DNA from: Alphaproteobacteria bacterium
GTDB lineage: Bacteria > Pseudomonadota > Alphaproteobacteria > JAEULF01
NCBI GenBank assembly: GCA_016793965.1
Contig: JAEULF010000065.1
Location: 1-47,428, forward strand
Direction of reading: 5' to 3'
DNA: 47,428 bases
How positions within the stretch are numbered: the first letter of the stretch is position 1; the number at the start of each line of letters is the position of its first letter. The position numbers and the translations under genes are program-made. The notes under the pieces are model-generated. The model was not told the origin of the DNA, did not search any database, and was given only the letters and a program-made list of their open reading frames with translations. This document shows positions 26,360-37,299 of the stretch, one piece after another.

Positions 26360-26669
26360 CGATCTTCCCCCAGAGTTGCAGTTCTTCGGATAGGCCAAGA
26401 TCGTCGAACGCGAGTCGGAACGCCGGCGACGAGGGCCCAACCAGGAGCTCGTGCCCTGCACTGGCCAGCGCCCTTCGCGCCGCGAGGAGGACCTGCACGC
26501 ACGGCGTCGTGATGCGCTCTACGCCTTCGGCGTCTATCGCGATGCGCCGGCCAGCTTTCGACAGTTCGAGAAGTGCCCGCTTGAGCGCCGGCGCGGCGAC
26601 CACGTCGTTGACCGGCGCGAGCCGCAGAGTGTCGAAAGCACGACCCGGTATGATGGAGTACTCTTCCAT
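26352..26669 (-). CDS. Small STAS-domain protein, CheS-like
   Basis: Start at the ATG at 26669 (MEEYSIIPG...). 105 aa with an anti-sigma-antagonist-like layout. Its stop overlaps the cheY start by 8 nt (ATGAGTAA). The position upstream of cheY-cheA matches the rhizobial cheS position. Confidence 0.6.
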   Translation of the reverse strand: MEEYSIIPGRAFDTLRLAPVNDVVAAPALKRALLELSKAGRRIAIDAEGVERITTPCVQVLLAARRALASAGHELLVGPSSPAFRLAFDDLGLSEELQLWGKIDE

Positions 26670-26954
26670 GATCTCGCTTCTTGCTCGCCGCCGACGACCT
26701 TGCCGTTCAGCGCTTATCGAGCGTTGCACCGATCAACTCGAGTCGGCATATGGCTTAGCCGGCTATGTCGGAGACCTAGTCCAAGCCTCCTATCGACTAT
26801 CGGGGCCTAGCTCTCACGAACGACAGAGGCTCTACGTTCGGTATCGCTCTCTTCGTGCGCTTATCCGTTCGGCTGAAATGCTTGCGGCGGATTCGGCCGG
26901 AGCGCCGTTCGGCGATCACCTTCTTCCGAGACGCACGGACGGGGATCCAGCGCG

Positions 26955-27424
26955 TCACTGAGGCGGCTCCGGCAGGCGCGCGCAGCCGATAGCGCAGGCC
27001 GCGGTCGCAGCGGCAGCGCCGACAATCTCGCGCACGGCGCGCGCGGCCGCCCAGCCGACGAAGAGCAGCGTGACGGCAACGACAGCCGCGCGCGGCAGCC
27101 CGACGAGCTGCGACAAGCAGCCCGAGAAGCCCAGCGCGATGGCGGCGCTCGAAACGCGCTATGCCCGCAGAAAGCAGCGCCCGCAGCGCGGGGGAAGCCG
27201 CGCGCGAGGACAGCGTCGCTGAACGAAGTCGCGGTCGCGACGATGGCGGCGACCCCGACGCCGTGAAGCACGAGCATCGGCAGCGTGACGTCGCGTCTGA
27301 GGGATGGGACGTTGGCGACGGTCTCCCCAGGTGGCCGCAGCAGAGGTTCGGACTCTCGCAGGCCAAGCCGGTGCACGCCGCGATTGACGGCGTCCTGATC
27401 GGCGCGCGATAAGCGCGTCCCCAT
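26955..27424 (-). pseudogene. Small membrane-protein gene apparently disrupted by a frameshift near 27150-27185 (or a sequencing error)
   Basis: There are two adjacent high-GC3 hydrophobic reading frames on the minus strand. The upstream frame reads ...DVTLPMLVLHGVGVAAIVATATSFSDAVLARGF.... The downstream frame, shifted by one base, reads ...AAIALGFSGCLSQLVGLPRAAVVAVTLLFVGWAAARAV...PEPPQ* and stops at 26955. The downstream frame has an in-frame TAG just upstream and no start codon. The N-terminal boundary is uncertain (27424 or 27277). Confidence 0.35.
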
Positions 27425-29045
27425 GATCCGTCTCGACAACATCGGCAAGCGCCTCGGCGACCGCATTCTGTTCGTCGAAGCCTCTGCGGCCATCAATCGC
27501 GGCGAGAAGATCGGCTTGGTCGGTCCCAACGGGGCCGGCAAGACCACGATCTTCCGCCTGATCGCCGGCGGCGAGGCGCCCGACGAGGGCCAGGTCACGG
27601 TCGAGCGCGGGATCACCATCGGCTATTTCAGCCAAGATATCGGCGAGATGGCCGGGCGCAGCGCCATCTCAGAGGTCATGGCGGGTGCCGGACCCGTGAG
27701 CGAGATCGCCGCCGAGCTCAAGGTCCTGGAGACCCGCATGGGCGATCCCGATCAAGCGGACGATCTGGACTCGCTGGTGGCGCGCTTCGGCGAAGCGCAA
27801 GCGCGCTTCGAGGAGCTGGGCGGCTACGAACTTGAAGCGCGCGCGAGAGAGACGCTGGCGGGCCTCGGCTTCGATCAAGCGATGATGGACGGCGACGTAG
27901 GCAGTTTGTCGGGCGGCTGGAAAATGCGCGTGGGCCTCGCGCGCATCCTGCTGATGCGGCCCGACGTCATGCTGCTCGACGAGCCGAGCAACCATCTCGA
28001 CATCGAGAGCCTGATCTGGCTCGAATCCTTTCTGCTGGGCTTCGAAGGCGCGCTGGTCATGACCTCGCACGACCGCGCCTTCATGAATCGCGTGGTGACC
28101 AAGATCGTCGAGATCGACGGCGGCACGCTCACGGCGTTCTCGGGCGACTACGAGTTCTATGAGCGCCAGCGCGCGCTCAACGAGAAGCAGCAGCAGGCGC
28201 AGTTCGAGCGCCAGCAGGCGATGCTGGCCAAGGAGATCAAGTTCATCGAGCGCTTCAAGGCGCGCGCGAGCCACGCGGCACAAGTCCAAAGCCGGGTGAA
28301 GAAGCTCGACAAGATCGACAAGATCGAGCCGCCGCGCCGCCGCCAGAGCGTGGCATTCGATTTTCCCGCCCCGCCGCGCTCGGGCGACGACGTGGCGATC
28401 CTCAAGCGCGTCGCCAAACGCTACGGCGCCAAGACGATCTACGACGGCTTCGACCTCGCCATCCGGCGCAGGGAGCGCTGGTGCGTGATGGGCGTGAACG
28501 GCGCGGGGAAATCCACGCTGCTGAAGCTCGTCGCCGGCGCCACGACGCCTGACGAAGGCACCGTCACGCTGGGCGGCTCGGTCAAGCTCGGCTATTTCGC
28601 CCAGCACGCGATGGAGGTGCTCGACGGCGATCGCACGGTGTTGGAGACGCTCGCCGATGCCTTTCCGCGCGCGGGCCAGGGGTCGCTGCGGACGCTGGCC
28701 GGCTGTTTCGGATTCTCGGGCGACGATGTCGAGAAGCGGGCCCGCGTGCTGTCGGGCGGGGAGAAGGCGCGCTTGGTGATGGCGCTGATGCTCTACGAGC
28801 CTCCGAACTTCCTGGTGCTCGACGAGCCCACCAACCATCTCGATATCGCCACGAAGCAGATGCTCATCGAGGCCTTGGCCAATTTCGAGGGCACGATGCT
28901 GTTCGTCTCCCATGACCGGCATTTCCTGGGGGCGCTATCCAATCGCGTGCTCGAGCTGACCGCCGACGGTGCGCATCGTTACGAAGGGGGGTATCTCGAA
29001 TACGTCGCGCGCACCGGCCAGGAGGCGCCGGGCTTGCGCGACTGA
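27423..29045 (+). CDS. ABC-F family ATPase (two ABC cassettes, no TM domain)
   Basis: 540 aa. Two Walker A motifs (GPNGAGKTT, GVNGAGKST), two signatures (LSGGWKMRV, LSGGEKARL), two Walker B motifs, and an inter-domain Gln/Arg-rich linker. Confidence 0.9.
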   Translation: MIRLDNIGKRLGDRILFVEASAAINRGEKIGLVGPNGAGKTTIFRLIAGGEAPDEGQVTVERGITIGYFSQDIGEMAGRSAISEVMAGAGPVSEIAAELKVLETRMGDPDQADDLDSLVARFGEAQARFEELGGYELEARARETLAGLGFDQAMMDGDVGSLSGGWKMRVGLARILLMRPDVMLLDEPSNHLDIESLIWLESFLLGFEGALVMTSHDRAFMNRVVTKIVEIDGGTLTAFSGDYEFYERQRALNEKQQQAQFERQQAMLAKEIKFIERFKARASHAAQVQSRVKKLDKIDKIEPPRRRQSVAFDFPAPPRSGDDVAILKRVAKRYGAKTIYDGFDLAIRRRERWCVMGVNGAGKSTLLKLVAGATTPDEGTVTLGGSVKLGYFAQHAMEVLDGDRTVLETLADAFPRAGQGSLRTLAGCFGFSGDDVEKRARVLSGGEKARLVMALMLYEPPNFLVLDEPTNHLDIATKQMLIEALANFEGTMLFVSHDRHFLGALSNRVLELTADGAHRYEGGYLEYVARTGQEAPGLRD

Positions 29046-29291
29046 GCCCGCCGACTCGAGTGCGCTCGATTGCTTCCGGCGAGCTACGCCCGGAAATCCG
29101 AGCTCGAACTGACCAGGGAGATCGCGCTGCTGATCGAGCCGGCAGGCGTTCCGGGCGGCTTCGTCGATGGGGCGCTGTGCTCTGCGGCACGTTCGGAGAA
29201 GGCGGATGCCGGGCCAGAATTGAACCGATGGCCTCTGGGTCGTTCGCTCGGCAGCCATTTCGGCGAAACTGACGCGCGCGCAAGTCGCTTG

Positions 29292-29336
29292 TGAACCAAA
29301 GCAACAAGGGCCTAGCCGTTTCCGGCTAAGCCCTTG
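29292..29336 (-). terminator. Rho-independent-type terminator downstream of tRNA-Ala
   Basis: On the minus strand, CAAGGGCTTAGCCG-GAAA-CGGCTAGGCCCTTG (one mismatch, 29305-29336) is followed by TTGCTTTGGTT. Confidence 0.55.
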
Positions 29337-29343
29337 CCTTACT

Positions 29344-29419
<76 letters not shown>

Positions 29420-29479
29420 GCGCCGCCTTACGGCGGGATTGGCAGCGTCGCCGGGCCTGGGGGCCGGCGGCGCCTGCGA

Positions 29480-29508
29480 TAGTTAGGTCCGGCCGTTTGG
29501 ACGCGCAA
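29480..29508 (-). promoter_or_regulatory. Candidate sigma70-type promoter for tRNA-Ala
   Basis: On the minus strand, TTGCGC-N17-TAACTA lies about 60 nt upstream of the mature tRNA 5' end. The -35 element sits within a 7-bp palindrome (GCGCAAG-GCA-CTTGCGC) that also follows the upstream gene's stop. Confidence 0.3.
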
Positions 29509-29544
29509 GTGCCTTGCGCGAGCCGCCGTCGGCCCTGGGAACCG

Positions 29545-29877
29545 TCAGGCCTCCTCCTCGCCCTCGGCGATCTCCGGGATGTCGTCCTCGTCCTTGCCGA
29601 GTTCCTCGGTGTCTTCGATCACCTCGTCCTCGGCATCCGGCTCGACCGCGATGACGGCCTCCTCGTCGGCGGCGCCCGGCGCCTCGACCTCGACCGGCAG
29701 CTCCTTGCGCTTCGCCGCCTTCTCCTGTTGCGGACGGCTGCGCCGGCTGCGCAGGAAGTCCTCCGCCTGGAACTCGGAGCTGCACTTCGGACACGTGATG
29801 GGCGATCGCTGCAGGTCGTAGAAGCGCGCGCCGCAGCTCAAGCAGATGCGCTTGACGCCCCATTCCGCCTTAGCCAC
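29545..29877 (-). CDS. TIGR02300-family zinc-ribbon protein with an acidic tail (FYDLN-acid type)
   Basis: GTG start at 29877, 8 nt after AAGGAG, giving (M)AKAEWGVKRICLSCGARFYDLQRSPITCPKCSSEF followed by a Glu/Asp-rich C-terminus. 110 aa. Confidence 0.75.
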   Translation of the reverse strand: MAKAEWGVKRICLSCGARFYDLQRSPITCPKCSSEFQAEDFLRSRRSRPQQEKAAKRKELPVEVEAPGAADEEAVIAVEPDAEDEVIEDTEELGKDEDDIPEIAEGEEEA

Positions 29878-30016
29878 AGGCAAATCTCCTTCGCGCGCCG
29901 CGCGCCGCGCATCGAGTTGGCTCGATGCCTCATGTCCCGTAAACGGCCCGGCGCCGCTCGACCGGAAGTCGAGCCGCGCCGTCCGCTTGCGTCGGATTTG
30001 CGCCGGCCGTAATTAA

Positions 30017-32142
<2,126 letters not shown>

Positions 32143-32315
32143 ACCGGCGCGCTCTGCGCCTTGTCTCCCCGACCGGCATAGCCGGGCGCGGCGGCAGGAG
32201 CGGGGCGCATCGCTCGTTGCAACCATAGCCCGTAGGGCTCGTCCGGCCGAAATGGCGTCGGCATCGAACGCCAGCTCGCCGCCTTGCCCAGCGTGACCCA
32301 CTTGAAGGAGTGCCC

Positions 32316-34061
32316 ATGGCCAGCCTGTCCCGCGCAGAGACCACCGCCAAGTCCGGCGAGAGCTTCGCCGCCATGATCGAGGAGACGATGGGCGGCGGCG
32401 CCCGCGGCTTCGAGGGCAAAGTGGTCCGCGGGACCGTCCTGTCGATCGAGAACGACATCGTGCTGATCGACATCGGGCTGAAATCCGAAGGGCGCGTGGC
32501 GCTCAAGGAATTCTCGATGCCGGGCCTGCCGGCCGAGCTGAAGGCGGGCGACATCGTCGAGGTCTATCTCGACCGCATCGAGGACAAGAACGGCGAGGCC
32601 GTGCTGTCGCGCGAGAAGGCGCGGCGCGAAGAGGCTTGGGTCAACTTGGAGCGCGCTTTCCAGAAGAACGAGCGCGTGAGCGGCGTGATCTTCGGCCGCG
32701 TCAAGGGCGGCTTCACCGTCGACCTCAATGGCGCCGTTGCGTTCCTGCCGGGCAGCCAGGTCGACATCCGCCCGGTGCGCGACGTCACTCCGCTGATGCA
32801 CACGCCGCAACCGTTCCAGATCCTCAAGATGGACCGCTCGCGCGGCAACATCGTGGTGTCGCGACGCGCCGTGCTCGAGGAGAGCCGCGCGGAGGCCCGC
32901 CAGGAGCTCGTGGCCAGCCTGAAGGAAGGCCAGATCCTCAGCGGCATCGTGAAGAACATCACCGACTACGGCGCCTTCGTGGACCTGGGCGGCGTCGACG
33001 GCCTGCTGCATGTCACCGACGTCTCGTGGAAGCGCATCAACCATCCCTCCGAGGCGCTGCAGATCGGCCAGCAGGTCAAGGTGCAGGTCATCCGCTTCAA
33101 CCCGGAGACCCAGCGCATCTCGCTGGGCATGAAGCAGCTCGAGGCCGATCCGTGGGAGGGCATCGAGGCCAAGTACCCGGTCGGCACGAAGTTCACCGGC
33201 CGCGTCACCAACATCACGGACTACGGCGCCTTCGTGGAGCTGGAGCCGGGCATCGAGGGCCTCGTGCACGTCTCCGAGATGAGCTGGACCAAGAAGAACG
33301 TGCATCCCGGCAAGATCGTCTCGACCTCCCAGGAGGTCGAGGTGATGGTGCTCGACGTCGCTCCGGTGAAGCGCCGCGTCAGCCTTGGCCTGAAGCAGTG
33401 CCTGTCGAACCCGTGGGACACCTTCGTCGAGAAGTACCCGTCGGGCACGCAGCTCGAGGGCGAGGTCAAGAACATCACCGAGTTCGGCCTGTTCGTCGGC
33501 CTGCCCGGCGACATCGACGGCATGGTCCACCTCTCGGACCTCGACTGGAACCGCGCCGGCGAGGAGGCCGTGAAGGACTACAAGCGCGGCGATATGGTCA
33601 AGGTGAAGGTGCTCGACGTCGATATCGAGAAGGAGCGCATCTCCCTCGGCATCAAGCAGCTCGGCAGCGACCCGTTCGAGGAAGGCGTGAAGGGCATCGC
33701 CCGCGGCGACGTGGTGACTTGCGCGGTCATCCAGGTGGTCGACAGCGGCCTCGAGGTCACGGTCGGCGACGGCACGCCGGGCTTCATCCGCAAGTCGGAG
33801 CTGTCGCGCGACCGCAGCGAGCAGCGCCCTGACCGCTTTGCCGTCGGCGACAAGCTCGACGCGAAGGTCACGGCGATCGACAAGGGCAGCCGCAAGCTCA
33901 CGCTCTCGGTCAAGCAGCTCGAGATCGCCGAGGAGAAGAAGGCGATGCAGGAGTACGGCTCGTCCGACAGCGGCGCCACGCTCGGCGACATCCTGGGCGC
34001 CTCGCTGTCGCAGATGAAGGCCAAGGCCGAAGGAAAGAAGACGGACGCCAAGGGCGAGTGA
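32316..34061 (+). CDS. rpsA: 30S ribosomal protein S1
   Basis: Six S1 repeats (for example [21 protein letters not shown]). The ATG at 32316 lies 5 nt after GAAGGAG and is preferred over the GTG at 32310. Confidence 0.95.
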   Translation: MASLSRAETTAKSGESFAAMIEETMGGGARGFEGKVVRGTVLSIENDIVLIDIGLKSEGRVALKEFSMPGLPAELKAGDIVEVYLDRIEDKNGEAVLSREKARREEAWVNLERAFQKNERVSGVIFGRVKGGFTVDLNGAVAFLPGSQVDIRPVRDVTPLMHTPQPFQILKMDRSRGNIVVSRRAVLEESRAEARQELVASLKEGQILSGIVKNITDYGAFVDLGGVDGLLHVTDVSWKRINHPSEALQIGQQVKVQVIRFNPETQRISLGMKQLEADPWEGIEAKYPVGTKFTGRVTNITDYGAFVELEPGIEGLVHVSEMSWTKKNVHPGKIVSTSQEVEVMVLDVAPVKRRVSLGLKQCLSNPWDTFVEKYPSGTQLEGEVKNITEFGLFVGLPGDIDGMVHLSDLDWNRAGEEAVKDYKRGDMVKVKVLDVDIEKERISLGIKQLGSDPFEEGVKGIARGDVVTCAVIQVVDSGLEVTVGDGTPGFIRKSELSRDRSEQRPDRFAVGDKLDAKVTAIDKGSRKLTLSVKQLEIAEEKKAMQEYGSSDSGATLGDILGASLSQMKAKAEGKKTDAKGE

Positions 34062-34086
34062 AGCCAGGCGGTCTCTCGCGTGCGTC

Positions 34087-34123
34087 GGACGGCCGGCCCC
34101 TTCGGGCCGGCCGTTCCTTTTTC
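34087..34123 (+). terminator. Rho-independent terminator of rpsA
   Basis: GGACGGCCGGCCCC-TTCG-GGCCGGCCGTTCC is followed by TTTTTC. Confidence 0.8.
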
Positions 34124-34317
34124 GGCGCTCGCGGCGCGGTTCGCTTGACGCTCCGCCCCGCGTCTGGCAGCGTTTTGAAAAGACGAGAGAATTGCTGCCG
34201 GCGGGAACCTGCTGCGCGGCCAAGGGCAGGCTGAGGCTCACGGCCAGGATCGACCTCGACAGTCGCGACGGATCGATCGCGCGCAGCGGAGCACCGGCGC
34301 CTTCGGGAGTGTCGGGG

Positions 34318-34611
34318 ATGACAAAGTCCGAGCTCGTCATGCGCGTGGCCGAGCGCCATCCGCATCTTTACCAACGCGACATCGAGCGCATCGTCGGCGC
34401 GATCTTCGACCAGATCTCCGCCGCGCTCGCCCGCGGCGACCGGGTGGAGTTGCGCGGTTTCGGCGCCTTCTCGGTCAAGCGTCGCGAGCCGCGAGCAGGC
34501 CGCAACCCGCGGACCGGCGAGAAGGTCGAGGTGGCCGAGAAGGTCATCCCCTTCTTCAAGACAGGCAAGCAGCTGCGCGAGCGCATCAACGTCAGCGGCC
34601 AGCAATCCTGA
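34318..34611 (+). CDS. ihfB: Integration host factor subunit beta
   Basis: Start at the ATG at 34318 ([26 protein letters not shown]...[29 protein letters not shown]...[13 protein letters not shown]). 97 aa. Confidence 0.9.
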   Translation: MTKSELVMRVAERHPHLYQRDIERIVGAIFDQISAALARGDRVELRGFGAFSVKRREPRAGRNPRTGEKVEVAEKVIPFFKTGKQLRERINVSGQQS

Positions 34612-34732
34612 AGCAGCGACCCCACGGAGCGGCACGGACCGTGCCGCATCGGTGCGGCTGGCCTCCGGCCGGCGCTCCGGCTAGATTCCGCGCCGTCAGC
34701 ACGGCACCAGACCTTGCGGGAGAATTCGGCGG

Positions 34733-35194
34733 ATGCGGCGACTTACGAGCCTCGCCGGCGCTGCGGTGATCGCCGCGCTGGCCATCTTCGCCGTCACGAA
34801 CCGCGGACCCGTGGCGGTCGACCTCTGGCCGTTGCCGATCCTCATCGAGGCGCCTGCGTTCGTGCTCGTGCTCGGCGCCCTTGCGCTCGGGACGCTGCTC
34901 GGCGCGTGCATGGCCTGGACGCAGGGAGGCGCGACGCGACGATTGTCGCGCGCGCGCGGACGCGAGGTCGCTGCGCTCGAGTCCGAGGTCGCCGCGCTGC
35001 GCAAGCAAGTCGCGGCGGCAACGCCCGCCGCAGCCGCGACGGGAACCGCCGTGGCGGTGAGTGGCCGCAGCCCGTCGCCCGCGCTCCAGGCATTGATCGT
35101 CGATGTCAGCCGCGCCAGCATGCCCGACGGCCTCGGCCCGCAGGGCCTTCCGCGCGAGCGTGCCGGGGCGGCGGCGCCCGCCCAGCGGACCTGA
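34733..35194 (+). CDS. LapA-family (DUF1049) inner-membrane protein with a long Ala-rich tail
   Basis: Two N-terminal TM helices and the motif ...VAVDLWPLP.... The position immediately after ihfB is conserved in alphaproteobacteria. The C-terminal half is low-complexity. Confidence 0.6.
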   Translation: MRRLTSLAGAAVIAALAIFAVTNRGPVAVDLWPLPILIEAPAFVLVLGALALGTLLGACMAWTQGGATRRLSRARGREVAALESEVAALRKQVAAATPAAAATGTAVAVSGRSPSPALQALIVDVSRASMPDGLGPQGLPRERAGAAAPAQRT

Positions 35195-35214
35195 ACCGAA
35201 AGGAGTCCGGCTCC

Positions 35215-36156
35215 GTGCGAATAGTGAGCGCTGCCGAGGTCGAAGCTGCGACCCCCTACCCCGACTTGATCGAGAGCTTGCGCGCCATGTTCCGGCAAGG
35301 TTGCGCCATGCCGGTCCGCCACCACCATCCGGTCAAGGTGCCTGGCGCGTCGGACGCGATGCTGCTCCTGATGCCGGCGTGGCAGGACGGACAGGCGATC
35401 GGCGTGAAGCTCGTGACCGTTTTCCCTGACAACGCGCAAAGGGACCTGCCAGCGATCCAGGGGGTATACCTGCTGCTCGACGGCCGGACAGGCGTGCCGC
35501 GCGCGCTGCTCGACGGACCGATGCTGACGAAGCGGCGAACCGCCGCCGCGTCGGCGCTCGCTGCGGACTACCTCGCGCGGCGCGACGCAGCGCGGCTGCT
35601 GGTGATCGGCACGGGAGCGCTCGCGCCGGAGCTCGTCGCCGCCCACGCGGCGATCCGACCGATCCGCGAGGTGCGCATCTGGGGGCGGACGCCGGCAAAG
35701 GCCGCCGCCCTCGCGGCACGTGTCGCCGCCGGCGGTCTAGCGGCCGCTGCGACGACCGCCCTGGAGGAGTCCACGGCGTGGGCCGACGTCGTTTCCTGCG
35801 CCACGCTCTCGCGCGAGCCCCTGGTGCTCGGCGCGCGGCTGCGCCCTGGCGTCCATGTCGACCTGGTCGGCGCCTTCACGCCGGACATGCGGGAATCCGA
35901 CGACGAGGCCGCGCGGCGCGCCCAGGTCTTCGTCGACACCCGCGCCGGCGCCACGCGCGAGGCCGGCGACATCGTGCAGCCGCTGCGCAGCGGGATCCTG
36001 ACCGAGGCAAAGATCCGCGGCGACCTCTACGAGCTCTGCCGCGGCGAACGACGCGGCCGCGAGGACGACAAGGCCGTGACCCTGTTCAAGTCGGTTGGCG
36101 CCGCCCTGGAGGACCTCGCCGCGGCGCTCCTCGTGGTCGACCGCCTGCCGGCATGA
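35215..36156 (+). CDS. Ornithine cyclodeaminase/mu-crystallin family protein
   Basis: GTG at 35215, 9 nt after AAGGAG. 313 aa. Motifs GVKLVTVFPDN, KRRTAAASALAA, LLVIGTGALA (Rossmann fold) and HVDLVGAFTPDMRE. Confidence 0.8.
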   Translation: MRIVSAAEVEAATPYPDLIESLRAMFRQGCAMPVRHHHPVKVPGASDAMLLLMPAWQDGQAIGVKLVTVFPDNAQRDLPAIQGVYLLLDGRTGVPRALLDGPMLTKRRTAAASALAADYLARRDAARLLVIGTGALAPELVAAHAAIRPIREVRIWGRTPAKAAALAARVAAGGLAAAATTALEESTAWADVVSCATLSREPLVLGARLRPGVHVDLVGAFTPDMRESDDEAARRAQVFVDTRAGATREAGDIVQPLRSGILTEAKIRGDLYELCRGERRGREDDKAVTLFKSVGAALEDLAAALLVVDRLPA

Positions 36157-36166
36157 CGGGGCTGCA

Positions 36167-37297
36167 GTGAAAGTCACCGTCGTCGGCGGCGGCATCATGG
36201 GCCTGTGCGCCGCCCGCGCCCTCCTGAAGCTCGGCGCGACGGTGACGGTGCTTGACCAAGGCCCGCTGCCCAATCCGCTCGGCGCATCGGTGGACCATAC
36301 GCGCGCGTTGCGGTCAGCGTACGGCGGCAATACGGGCTACATGCGGATGGCGCGCGACGCCAGGGCCGCTTGGCGGCGCGTGTGGAGCGACATCGGCGCC
36401 GACCTGCTGGTCGAGACCGGCTTGCTCGTCCTTTCCGATGGTTCGGGGACCTGGTCGCCCGCCAGCCGCCACGCGCTCGCAGCGGCGGGCGTACCGGTCG
36501 AGGACATCGCCCCCGCCGATCTGGCCGCGCGCTACCCGATGCTCCAGGCTGCAGCCGTCGCCGACGCGTTCCATGTCGGAGACGGCGGCGTGCTCCTCGC
36601 CGCGCGGATCGTCGAAGGGTTGCTCGGCTGGCTTGAGGCCAACGGCGCCAACGTCCATGCCCGCACGCCCGTCGTGGCCATCGACCCCGATCATGCCGCG
36701 GTCGAGGTCGACTCGCAGGGCCACGGACGCTGGCAGATCGACGCGGACAGCCTCATCGTCGCAGCCGGCCCGTGGACGGCGAAGCTGCTTCCTGCGCTGG
36801 GCGGCGTCGCGCGCCCGTCGCGGCAGGTCACGGTCTACGCCGAGCCGCCGCTAGAGCTCGCCCGCGCCTGGGCATCGGCACCGCTGATCGTCATGGATTC
36901 GGGCAGCGTCGGGCTCTACGTGGTGCCGCCGGTCGCCGGCTATGGGCTGAAGTTCGGCGACCATCGGTTCTCGCTCGCCGGCGATCCGGACGACGATCGG
37001 ACGCCGCGCGACGGCGACGCGCGCGCCGTCGTGGCGCCCGCAGCCTCGTTGCTGCGCGACTTCAAGCGCTACCGCCTCGGCGAGGCGCGCCCCTGCTTCT
37101 ACGACGTGGAACCGGAGGAGCGCTTCGTCGTCGCCCCGCTCGACGGCGCGCAGCGCAGCTGGGTCATGACCGGCTTCAGCGGCCACGGTTTCAAGTTCGG
37201 CCCGCTCCTCGGCGACATGCTGGCAGAGGCGGTCGCGGGAAGGCTTGACGGCGCTGCCCTGACCGCATGGGCGCAGGGGTTCGACGGCGACGCGTGA
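36167..37297 (+). CDS. FAD-dependent oxidoreductase (DAO family; monomeric sarcosine/D-amino-acid oxidase-like)
   Basis: GTG at 36167. 376 aa. N-terminal VTVVGGGIMGLCAARALLKLG and C-terminal GFSGHGFKFGPLLG. Confidence 0.8.
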   Translation: MKVTVVGGGIMGLCAARALLKLGATVTVLDQGPLPNPLGASVDHTRALRSAYGGNTGYMRMARDARAAWRRVWSDIGADLLVETGLLVLSDGSGTWSPASRHALAAAGVPVEDIAPADLAARYPMLQAAAVADAFHVGDGGVLLAARIVEGLLGWLEANGANVHARTPVVAIDPDHAAVEVDSQGHGRWQIDADSLIVAAGPWTAKLLPALGGVARPSRQVTVYAEPPLELARAWASAPLIVMDSGSVGLYVVPPVAGYGLKFGDHRFSLAGDPDDDRTPRDGDARAVVAPAASLLRDFKRYRLGEARPCFYDVEPEERFVVAPLDGAQRSWVMTGFSGHGFKFGPLLGDMLAEAVAGRLDGAALTAWAQGFDGDA

Positions 37298-37299
37298 GG

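Noticed and set aside
26730-26954. A recognisable promoter (sigma70 or sigma28-like) or operator for the che operon in the lower-GC stretch upstream of the STAS gene.
   Set aside because: Only weak hexamer matches with wrong spacing were found (for example TTGATC...GATAAG, 12 nt apart). There is no TTGA-N6-TCAA box and no sigma54 GG-N10-GC element, so the evidence is insufficient for a call.
32143-32315. The rpsA leader as a structured autoregulatory element.
   Set aside because: Small hairpins exist (CCGGC-ATA-GCCGG and AGCCC-GTA-GGGCT). I cannot demonstrate the S1-binding pseudoknot architecture by eye, and the mechanism is established only for enterobacteria.
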